Positions 20,945 to 32,342 of a DNA stretch of 64,000 nt are shown here, one piece after another. The number at the start of each line of letters is the position of its first letter. The stretch's first letter is position 1. The DNA comes from Azolla caroliniana (taxonomy: Eukaryota; Plantae; Polypodiophyta). Both the position numbers and the translations under genes were made by a program. The stretch covers positions 17,174,001 to 17,238,000 of the forward strand of contig JBHGNT010000001.1 in NCBI GenBank assembly GCA_043228905.1, given 5' to 3'. A model generated the notes under the pieces. It worked only from the letters and a program-made list of their open reading frames with translations, was not told the origin of the DNA and made no database searches.

Positions 20945-23900
20945 CTATCCCCCCTTTAAAACAACGAGTGTCACGAGTCGTTTTGGATTGAGGACCTGGT
21001 TTGTCTGGATATTGATGATGGAAGTCTTCAAGAAGAGCACAAGCATTGGTCACATTCTCTATCGGTTCCCAAGTACGCTCGTTGGGACTATATCCTAGCC
21101 AATCGACTAAATAGTAGAGCTTGTTGCGAACAATCTTGGAATCGAGGATGGCGGCAACCTCGTACTCAGGTCCATCTTCAAGTTCGATCGGGGGTGGAGG
21201 TTGTTTAATACGACCTGGGATGGTGCTATCTTGATAGGGTTCGAGGAGAGAACTATGAAACACCAGATGTATCCAAAGTTGTGGAGGTAGATCGAAACGA
21301 AAAGCGACATCATTAATTTTTCCGATATTAAGGAAAGGACCTAATCGCCAATAATCCAATTTCTCGCATGGGCGAGTAGTCTTGGTGTGTAGTTGTAGTA
21401 ACCATACCCGATCTCCAATGTTAAACCTTGATGGACGCCGATGACAATCCGCGTAAACCTTGTGTGGTTGTTGAGCTTTTTTAAATGAGTAGATAAATAG
21501 GCTTGTATCTTGCGTAACTGGTCCAAACGATCCTCTGCACAAGGATTTGTGGGTAACTTTGGGGTTTCAAATACACACCACCAGGGGTGACAACCCGTAT
21601 AAGCATAAAATGGTGTAACCTTTATTGATGAGTGGACAAAATTATTATACGCAAATTCGGCAAAGTGGAGAATATCCGCCCAATCATCTTGATGATAGCT
21701 TAGAAAGCACCGAAGATATTACTCCAGCGTTTGATTCGTTCATTCTGCTTGGCCATCTATTTGCGGGTGGTAGCCGGAGGAGAGGTTACAAGTGACTTTG
21801 AGCATTTTAAAGAGGTGCTTCCAAAATTTCGAGACGAACTAGGGTCCACAGTCGTTGATGATACTATCGGGAAGACCATGATGCCGACATACTTCACATA
21901 TGATAGTTTTGGCGGTTTCCTAATTGGAGATTTCCTTAGTACATGGTAGGAAATTGGCCATCTTCATATATCGATCTACTACTGTTGAGATCGCATCGAA
22001 TCCCTTAGAGACCGGAAGATCTATGATGAAATCTAGAGCAATGGATTGCCACGGCTTGCTTGGAATTGGTAATGGTTCTAATAAACCATATGGATGATGC
22101 CTTGGCATTTTTTCTCGGCAACATGTATCACAAGTCCAAACAAAATATTCGACAAATTGTCGCATATGGGGCCACCAAAATGATCGTTGTACTAAATATA
22201 ATGTTTTAGTACTAGCAAAATGCCCATCTAAATATGTGTCATGACAATTTTGGACTACTCGAAGGCGCGAGAACCATTAGGAACATACAAGAGTTTCTTA
22301 AAGAATAGTAATCCATCATGACATTCTAATTGTCGATAGTCCGTACCTGGTTGTTGCGACTGTGAACAAGATGCTCAAGAGGGATCAATTTGTGCTAGAA
22401 TGGCTTGGGTGAAAGCATATGTCTTCAAGTCCTCACGTATGGTATCAATAACATGGGAATCCAAGGGCATACCAAAGACTTGCGTTGCTTGTAGTCGTGT
22501 TGGTCCTTGGATTACTTGCTTTTGGTTATCGAAAGTTGGCTCGCCAGCACGCAGTGCTAGATACGAGCACCGTGATAATGCATCTGCCTTCCCTTGTTGC
22601 TTCCCCGGACGATATGTAATTTTGAAGTCGAAATGAATGAGGAATTGGGCCCACCGAGCTTGACATCGATTTAACACGCGAGCATTCTGAAAGTAGGCAA
22701 GGTTTTAGCGATCACTAAATATGATGACTTGATGAGAAGATCCCTCTAGAAAATGCCTCCGTTGCATAAAAGATTCCACTATTGCTAATAGCTCCTTATC
22801 ATGAATTTCATAGTGGATTTCGGCAGCGTCAAACTTGCGTGAGTGGAAAGCCACGGGATGGAGCTTTTCATCATCGCCTTGTTGTGACAGAATACTACCC
22901 AACGCGAAATCCGACGCGTCTGCTTTGATGATGAATGGTTTTTCCGGATCAACATGAGCTAGAATAGGAGCTGATGTAAATCCTTCTTAAGACCCTCAAA
23001 AGCCATGTCTGCTTCTTCAGACCAAACGAACGATTGTCCCTTCCTGGTGAGCTATGTGAGAGGCAGAACAAGCTTTGATTAATCCTCTATAAACTTGCGG
23101 TAGAAATTGGCAAAGCCTAAAAAGCATTGCACATCTCGCAATGAGCGCAAAGTCTGCCACTCTACCACCATTTTGACCGTAGTTGGATCCATGGAGATGC
23201 CTTTCGAGGAAATGATATAGCCTAGAAATTCTACCTGGTTGCACTCGAAACTACATTTTTCCAGCTTTGCATAAAGACCATGTTCTCGAAGTTGTTTTAA
23301 TACTAACAATACATGAGAATCATGCTCTTCTTGGGTCTTCGAATAAACTAGTAGATCATCCAAATAGATGATCAAATAAACATCCAAGAGATCTCGGAAT
23401 ATATCATTTGCCATGTGTTGGAAGACTGTTGGCGCATTAGTGAGGCCGAATGGCGTGACTGTATACTCAAAGTGCCCATACCTGGTGCGAAATGTTGTCT
23501 TTCATTCATCTCCTGGTTAGATCCGTACGAGGTTATATGCTCCTCGTAAGTCGATTTTTGTGAAGAACCTTGCACCATTGATCCGTTCTAAAAGACTTGA
23601 GATAAGGGGAAGTGCATACCTATTCCTAATGGTGACCTTATTCAAGCCACGGTAATCTACGACGAGACGAAGTGATCCATCCTTTTTCTTGACGAAGAAA
23701 ATGGGTGTGCCGGCTGGAGATTGCGAATGTCGAATGAAACCGTTTGCCAAATTCTCCTCTATATAGGCTCGAAGGACTTCTACCTCAGTTGGTGACAAAT
23801 TGTAGATCGGTCCCCATGGTGGCTCTTTTCCCGGTTGTAAATCGATCGGGCAATCATACGGTCGATGGTGAGGAAGCGTATATGGCTTGTACTTTATTGA

Positions 23901-25617
23901 ACACGTCGGCATAATGACGATACTTTTCTGGAAGTTGAACGGTGGACTCCTCTTTAGTGGTGTTGGAGGGTTTGAATGATGCTTCAAAGAGAAACATTTC
24001 TTCCTTGCGTCCTTCCTCACGCAACTAATGTAGCGAAATGGTTGCAATCTTATGAGTAGATCCTCGGGTTTGTCAATACTGGATTTCTCTTGTTCTCCAA
24101 TCTATGTCTGGGTTATGTAATTCGAACCATGGTAATTCCAAAACAATGGGATGTTCTGGGATAGTAATTATATTAAAGGATACTACACATGCTAAATTAT
24201 CTAGGACAATATTAACGGTCTCTAACTCTTCTATGATATTTCCGGAAGCAATGGGACGACCATCAATGACTACTATAGAGGCTGGAGACGGGAGTTTTCT
24301 TAGGGATATCTGATGAGCTTGGGCAAAATTCCTATCCATGAAGCAAGAATTAGGTCCGGAAGCTTGGAGTGCTGAGACATGTACTGGAGAGGTACTTTTA
24401 GTACTAACTATTACTTGGGCTAAGAACACATTGCTAACTTGCTTAGAGAGAATGGAACCACTAATGGGTTGCACAGATCTAGGCTGTCCAACCAAATAGC
24501 TCCTATTTTGGCTGGACTTAGTCATTTAACACTTCTTCTAACTAACTAAGGACATCAAATTTGTTCGATAGATTTGGGCTATTAGTACTATTAGGACTAT
24601 CAGATATTCCTACTAAAATAGACTCGGGTTTAGTACAATTAGAACTAGCAACTATTTGGTTCACCTGTCTTCTTGGCCTATGGGGACAGTTCACTTCAAT
24701 ATGCCCTGGTCCACCGCAATAAAGACATAGTCGATTTGCTCGGCGTTGTTGCTTTTCTTCTTCCAATAATGGTTCGACGACGTGTAGGGTCAATTTCCAT
24801 TGGAGTTGGAGTATTCACTGGAGACGCATTATATGACTCCCTTGGAAAAGGTTTTGCTACCACTGAGGCATAGGTGGGCTCTGATCTTGCCCTTGGCATC
24901 TGGAATTGACGTTCCAAATGTCGTTCGAAAAGACGGTTGTTGCATCTCACCGCGCGACTGATTGCTTCTGCCAATGACTTTGGCTCTTCGGGGAAGGTCA
25001 AGAGTAAATCCTTGACATCGTTACATAAACAATAACGAAATTGCTCCATAAATGCTTGGTCATCCCAGGGGATATCGGAGGCGAGTAGACGGAAATTTGC
25101 AACATATGCGAAGGTTGGACGATCACCTTGACGTAATCGTCGGATTTTGTTGATTGTTGTCCTTATGTTGTTAGTATCTCCAAAACAGGCTTTAAACTCA
25201 CTTAAAAAATCTTCAAAATTGTTTAGTAAAGGAGATTCCTTTTCTAACAACAGAGCAAACCATGCCAAAGTTGAGCCACTTAACAATGTGCCTACTAAAC
25301 CCACTCGTGATGCATTAGTGGGATATCGGGAAGGATGCATTTGAATGACTAATCATACCTGATTAAGGAATTCTCTACACTACGATCGCGTTCCATCAAA
25401 TTTCATGGGAAGGCCGATCTTGGGCTCTTTATGAACCCTTTGCGTACTGGGTCCTTGTTGTTGCATCGCGACTATGGTTGCTTCGAGCTATTGCACACGT
25501 AACACTAGTTCCCCATGTTGTTGTTGCGTCTACTGCTTCTCTAAGGGGATTTGTTGAAGCTCCCACAACAATCATTGATTTTCTTGTTCCAATGTGAGAA
25601 ACTTCTCTTTCAAGCAT
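20945..25617 (-). pseudogene. Chromovirus gag-pol pseudogene (gag, PR, RT, RNase H, INT, chromodomain)
   Basis: ORF fragments 24696-25340, 24542-24793, 24073-24525, 23517-24047, 23079-23414, 22705-22902, 22375-22677, 21920-22165 and 20937-21542 in canonical gypsy order. Confidence 0.9.
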
Positions 25618-25883
25618 TGCAACTCCAAAAAAATGGATTGATATTCTTGAGCGCTAATAGTGGCCATAGTATGAGAGAAAAGAGGAATAAGAGATTAGTA
25701 TGAAGGGAGGGAGAAGTAAGAAAATAAAGGAAGAGAAGGAAGGAGAAAAAATTGGTTCAAACTATTAGGAACAATACTAAGATAGAGAAGTACTATCAGG
25801 AACAGTACTAAGACAGAGAAGGAATTAGTACTAAAAGATGAGGATTAGTACTAAAGGAGGTGTAGAACTCTCGAGAGAAGGAA

Positions 25884-25922
<39 letters not shown>

Positions 25923-26653
25923 ATGATGATAATAAAAGATATATATTATGTTAAGAGAATATACAATAGTAGCTAGGAGGCTTAAGACTGGCGTTGAACT
26001 GATTTGGTTCGAAATAATGCCTCAAGTGCCTCCTTTTATAGTGTTCTTAGGAGTACTCCTAAAGTTCCAAAGAAATCTGGAATATACATCAATTTCCTAT
26101 AGTAAAACTTAAATGAAAATAATATCCTTCGTATTATAACATATAGTCTAATGGTCAAGAGCTCGACTCATGTAACATAAGGTCATGGGTTCAAGTCTTG
26201 CCATATCATGACACTTGACCACCGACAAGCTAAGCTTGAGGGGGAGTAAGGAGTAAGGAGTTTCCGCTCAACAAGAAGTCGAATTGAACATAGGAGTGAG
26301 CCAGCCAGCCAGCCACAGCCGAAGCCGGAGTCGACTATCGACGTCAACCCAGATACCACTCACCAAGTCGACTCTCTGGCAACCGGAAGTTGTATTTGAC
26401 GGGGCTTGTTGAGAATCAAACTCAATTTCAGGCTACTATGTGTTCACACACCTTAGGGATAGCCAAGTGTGTGAAGTTAAGTCCTATGACACATAGTTGC
26501 TAGGTAGTTATGTCTCCACCTCCTTCCCAACAGGTGGTTGTAGTGAGAGAACATAGAGAGAAGGTGACTACATAAGCACCTTCTCCTCTTCTTTGTAAGT
26601 TATTGGTTTTTTTCTTTATTGATACGGTTTTCTTATTTTCTGTATACTTTGTG

Positions 26654-26699
<46 letters not shown>

Positions 26700-26899
26700 G
26701 CTCTCTGTAAGCTCACTTTGGCTATCTTTTTCTACGTTCTACAACTCATTATGAAGCTCTTTTAGAGAGCTTTCTAAAGAATGTTCATTTACTGAATTCT
26801 GTTACCATGGCAAGAAGTTATGAGCATTTTCATCCACAGTCATCTTTGCCCCACGGTTCCTCAAACGCAAGGTAGATTTTGAAGCCCTAAATCAAGTGA

Positions 26900-29800
26900 A
26901 AGGTACATTCTCTCTCCCTCCCTCTCTCTCTCTCTCTTTGTTCCCGTAGGGTTTGTCCCTACAATGGCAAACACTTGTAAAGCCGCTGCAAAGATCGAGG
27001 GTATGATTGATAATGAGCCAAGATCACCAACAAATCTCGATTCCAATACAATGAAAAAAATGCTTAGGAGTCACTTGATTTCTCTTAAAAAAACCATAAA
27101 CAAGCAAGTTGAAGAGATTAGGACGTTAATGAAAGAGAATGCAAATCTCCAAATTGTTGTCATTGAGAACGAAAGTCTTAAGCAAGTGGTTGCAAAACTT
27201 GAAGAAGAGATTCAAGAATGTAAAAGAGTTTCTTTCGAAACAAACGAGCGCCTTAACAAGATTGAGTTAAAGGAACCATTAAAAGAAGAAAAATTGGACA
27301 CGATGAGGCAGGATGTAAGTGAGATGAAAAATGTATGTACAATGAAGTCATGGGCCGATGTATGTGGTGGGGATGTGGTATCAAACTCATCTAATATGCA
27401 TGTGATGCATCAAGAGAAGAATATAAAAAGCATAGATGTCCGAGAATTGAAGGAACATGAACGACGATCAAAGAACATTGTCGTCCATGGGATTGCAGAG
27501 GAAAGTATGGAAACACCCGCATCCCTCGGAAAGGCCATTGGTGAATTTTTTAGAACACATTATGGGATGTCAAATGTGAATGTATATGGGGCTCTCCGAG
27601 TTGGGAAACATGGTGTTACTCGCTCTGGAGAAAGGCCTTTTGTATGCACAATGACTAATCTGATACATAGTGGCGGATCATAGTTGAAAATAGTTGGGTA
27701 TACCTCAAAGGTACGCAATGTTTTGTGAGTGAAGATCGTACTATCTCACAACAAAATGCTCGCCATAAAGCATATGAAGAAAGATTGAAAAATAAGGTTA
27801 AGGATGTGCCTAAATATGGAAATGTAGGCAAATAGAGACACGTGACCAATGAGACTAATCCATGCCTTTTACGACTATGCTTTTGGAATTGCAATGCATA
27901 ACCATGGAATGCGGGATTTGGCATAGAAGAGTTCACCGATGACTCGGATATCACACTTCTTGTTGAAACATGGGAGCATGATACTCAAAGGAATCAAGGT
28001 TTAGGAAACTATAATGTACACTCTTTTATATGGAAGAAAAATCCCAGAGAAAGAAGAGGAAGAGGAGGGGTGGCATGTTTGCTTAAGAAGGAAATAGAGA
28101 AATATGTGTCAATCATAAAAAATGATGAACATAAATGCTACATATGGCTCAAAATAGAAACACCTAATGATTTGCCCACTTTTGTAGTTGGATGTTACAT
28201 TCCTCATCAATATTCTAACATTTATGCTTGTTTGGATAATGATCAACCTTTTGCCAATCTAGAAGATCATATTGCTTATTTCAAATACAAAGGGGAAGTT
28301 ATTGTCTTTGGTGACATGAATGCTCGTACAAGAAGTTTCCAACTTGATTCACAAGAATCTTTCATGCCACATATCTCAAGGATGCAAGAGGATATGCAAA
28401 TGTATAACCGCTCTTCTAGCGATGAAAAAGATCCGGACCAATTTGGGAAGTTACTCCTACAAATGTGCAATAGTACCAGATTGCTTATTGCAAATGCTAT
28501 TTCCTTATGGCCCAACACTAATGGTTTTACATGTAGAAAACACAACGGAAATAGTGTGATTGACTATGTGCTACGTTCCGAAGGTATTTTGGATCGTATA
28601 CATAAATTCTCACTTGGTTAATGGACACCGGAATCCGATCATAGGCCGTTATGTATTGATCTCAAATGTATGCATAGGTTTGATTGTGAGAAGGCTATTG
28701 AACATAATAAACAACCACACTTGAGCATGAACCTTAAGCGAGCACCCATGTATTCCAAGATGGTTGAGGATATGTTACAAATGACAAAGATACAATATGG
28801 TGCCACACTAGAATGCAAATGGGAAGCTTTCAAGAAAGTCATTCTCTCATGTACAAACAAATGTTTTTCGACCAACCGCACATCTTGGAAATGCACCAAG
28901 AAACTTAGGAAAAAATGATTTGATAAAGAATGTCGTGAAGCTCAAAAGTGCCTTATGGTTTGGGATGTAGTTAAGGATAAAGAGAATTACCAAAAGCATT
29001 TGCATGAGTATAAAAGGTTTATTCAAAGAATGAGAAGAATATGGGAAGTTACTCAACAATTTATCCAAACGCAAGAGAAAGCACATGCATGTGCTAAATT
29101 TTGGGGAAATCTAAAGGGGAAACGTGTTGAGAGTTATGGTGAGTTAACTCTTCACGACTTGTCTATGCATTGTAAGAATTTATATGAGTTATCTCTTGCC
29201 AGAAAGATGATGTGTTATGGTTCTCTTTCACATATGCCTCCCTTCTTTACAATTGAAGATATATGCATAGGACTTAAGAAATTGGCCTCTCAAAAGGCAA
29301 GCGATCTTCAATGTATAAAGGCTAAAATTCTCAAATGGACGGGAAAGGAAGCACATATATGGATAAGCGATATGTTTAATGATGCATTGCAACATGGTAT
29401 GCCGTACGATTGGACAACAAATTGGATCAAACCTTTACATAAAGGTGGAGATATAAATAATGTAAACAACTATCGAACCATCATGGTTGGCTCATTAATG
29501 GCAAAACTATTTGGATGTATAATGGAATCAAAGATAAGTGTATGGGCTGAAAAAAGTGGTAAGAGAGCTTATCGACAAGCTGGCTTTTGGAAACACCATA
29601 GCATTATTGATCACCTTATCACCCTTCGAGTATTAATGGAGGAAAGTCGCCTTAGAGGTAAAGGTTTATATTATTTCTTTGTAGACTTCAAGAAAGCTTT
29701 TCATATGGTACCTCGTGAGCATCTTTGGAGGTGAATGGTCTTAAGAACTTGAGGTGCCAAGTGAATATATGCTTGCAATTTCCCGAATTTATGAGAAGGT

Positions 29801-31300
29801 TATATGTTGTGTGCGCATGAGAGATAAACTTTCAGATTTTTTCAAAAGCACTATTGGTGTTAAGCAAGGATGCCCACTCTCACCAACACTATTTGGTCTA
29901 TGCATTGATGAATTGGAAGAAATGGTTACCAAGTTTGCAAAGGAAGAATGTGTTGAAGAAGTTGCCATTGGGAATCTTGTGATTATGCTTTTGCTATATG
30001 CAGATGATGTAGTGCTTTTTTGCAAATACTTTAGCAGATGCACAAAAGCTTATGAAGGCATTGGAAAAAATTTGCATGCATACTAAATTAAGTGTCAATA
30101 GCACTAAAACAAAGATTATGCTTGTGAAGAGCCAAAAAAGAGATAAACCATGCATTATGTACAACAATGAGCCACTTGAATGTGTGGAAAGCTTCAAATA
30201 TCTTGGTCTTGAAGTTCCTTCAAATCATAGATGGAATGAATGTGCTACACACCGCTTAGAGGCGGGTAAGCGAGCATACTATGCATTTGAGAACACATGC
30301 AATCTTGGAGATATTAGGTGTTGAGTCCTCAAGAAATATCTTTTCGACACTTTGGTGACACCAGCTCTTCTCTATGGGGTGGAAGTATGGGGCGGTAGCA
30401 TCCTTAAATCTATGTGGAAAGAGTTTGAAAATGTCCAAAAACATTTTCTTACAAAGTTTCTACAAGTTAAGAAACAAACGCCCTACACCCTCCTCCTCCT
30501 TGAGACGGGATCGCTTCCCATTGAGATCATGGCCATAAAAAGGGTTGTTGAATACATGCTTAAGGTTCAAAAAAGTCCCTCACATCGACTTCCTAGAATT
30601 GCATGGGAAGCAAGCAAAAAGATCCAAAAGACGCATAAAAGCAAAATTTTGTGTTCCGGTTGGATGTAAGATATAAAAAAATGGTTTGGTAGATGGTATG
30701 CGAGACACTTGCTTCATGATGCATCATTAGATTCCTCTGTAAATGAGGCATTTTTGCAACGCCAATGTATCATGACATGGGACAAATGTGGAGGCTCACG
30801 CGTCACACATTATGCTACACATGTTGCACCTAACTACAAAACCATATTCTTTGCGGAACGGGGAAATCGTACACATCCATACATGTTAGAGCCTATACCG
30901 TTATCTTCCATTCGAACCATTGCTTCCATGCGACTTAGCTCACATGCATTGCGATGTGAAACAAGGCGTTGGGGCACAAGAGATGAGAGTGGTCGGTTAT
31001 GTACACTTTGCCCTAAACAAGTTCGCGAGTCTGAGTATCACACTTTGATACAATGCTCTGCGTTTGATCATATTCGACTATGCTTTCCACATCTCTTCGA
31101 TCAAGCTCAATCTTTGCATGAATTCCTCTCACAACCACAATGTGCACTCTCGATTGCAACATTCATTGGTCAAGTTCTTGAACATCGAGAGTCACCACTC
31201 ACTTTCACACGTATCACGTGAAATGTAATATTTTTGGTCTCATAGGTCATATTTTGACCTCTGAAGACGATAATATAATCTATCTATCTATCTCTCTCTC
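26900..31300 (+). mobile_element. Near full-length decayed non-L1 LINE, RTEX-like (ORF1 plus EN-RT-ZnF ORF2, microsatellite tail)
   Basis: ORF1 from 26964 with coiled coil and ERRSKNIVVHGIAEE; EN motifs FWNCN, GDMNAR, SVIDY, SDH; RT GVKQGCPLSPTLF and LLYADD; CTLC...ESEYHTLIQC; (ATCT)n tail at about 31278. Clade assignment is inferred. Confidence 0.85.
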
Positions 31301-31583
31301 ATACACACACACACACACACACATCTCTTCTGCTGCATAGAATCGCACCCAATTCTTTACAATGATAATAAGGTGATAACTCTAATATGAGATGCAAAAT
31401 ATTATGGACCGTGTGGATAACATAAGCCAATTAGCCGGGTTGGTTAGAGTGTCTTGAAATGGTTTTCATCATCCTGACCTTTTCAATGCTTTTGATATTG
31501 CTCGAGGACTAACTAGGTTTCTTTGTTTATATGTCTCATTTAATATGATGCATTTTGATATGAAAGGTTATATGCACAACAGA

Positions 31584-31632
31584 GGCCACTTAGCTCATTT
31601 GGTTAGAGCATCGTGTTAATAACCTGAACGTT
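31584..31632 (+). pseudogene. Truncated tRNA-Ile(AAT)-derived fragment
   Basis: GGCCACTTAGCTCATTTGGTTAGAGCATCGTGTTAATAAC resembles the plant tRNA-Ile(AAT) 5' half including the anticodon loop; no T-arm or acceptor 3' strand. Confidence 0.65.
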
Positions 31633-31877
31633 TGATTCTAACGCATTACGGTTTAGGATGTGTAAATTCAGATATGAAAGGTAAGGGGTGGGGTGGGGTG
31701 GGTGGGGTGGGTGGGGAGTTGGAAATAACACATTTCACTAGATAAGGATGGAGCGGTGTAGATTCTCACACAACTATGTATCAAAGCATTCTCACACAAC
31801 TATTAGAGGTAGAGAGTGAGTGAGTGAGGTGTTCGTTCATCTTATCCATTGAGGTAGGCATCCCATACATACATACA

Positions 31878-31908
<31 letters not shown>

Positions 31909-32029
31909 GCATAGAACATAATAAACGTGTCCGTGCAAGCATTGAAACGTTTGAAAACGAACACGTTTGAAAAGGGAAAAATGTGTAATCCTTTTTTTTA
32001 TATCTTTTTCACTTATTATCGTTACAAAT

Positions 32030-32342
32030 TAGGTCACCCTAGTGGTAAGTTGTCATGCTATTCCTATCTATGTCTTGGGTTCAATTCCCAATATTCTCAT
32101 ATCATAGCAAAATTTTATGTTGGTATCATTTTCCATTTTCCAATTTTTTCTTTCCTTATTATTAGAAATTAGCTCAATCTAGTGGTAAGTTGTCATGCTA
32201 CTTTTGCCTATGACTTGGGTTTAATTCCCAATTTTCTCATACCATAGAAAAAAATTATGTTAATGTCTTTTTTCTTTTTCTTTTCTTTCTTTCCTTATTA
32301 TTGGAAATTAGCTCAACCTAGTGGTAAGTTGTCATGCTACTA
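32030..32342 (+). repeat. About 140-bp tandem repeat (2.2 units), each unit with a tRNA-like A/B-box cassette
   Basis: CTAGTGGTAAGTTGTCATGCTA at 32039, 32179 and 32318; T-arm-like TTGGG-TTCAATT-CCCAA follows in unit 1 (TTTAATT loop in unit 2). Confidence 0.8.

Larger units (their letters stand above)
20469..26213 (-). mobile_element. Full-length decayed Ty3/gypsy chromovirus, Tcn1-like
   Basis: LTRs 20469-20944 and 25763-26213; TSD CTCGA/CTTGA; PPT AAGGGGGGATAG; gag knuckle CLYCGGPGHIEVNC; RT YLDD; integrase; chromodomain EYEVAAILDSK...YLVDWLGY...TWEP; many stops and frameshifts. Confidence 0.93.
19030..26743 (+). mobile_element. Decayed copia element 4 (end of INT, RT and RNase H remnants, 3' LTR from 26407), split by the chromovirus
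   Basis: KLDPKSEKCIPIGYS; ETWDLV...IYKVK; TKHIEVHYHFIREHV; sequence resumes after 26213 with TTGAGGGGGAG; LTR start TGTTGAG at 26407. The right boundary is uncertain. Confidence 0.7.
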
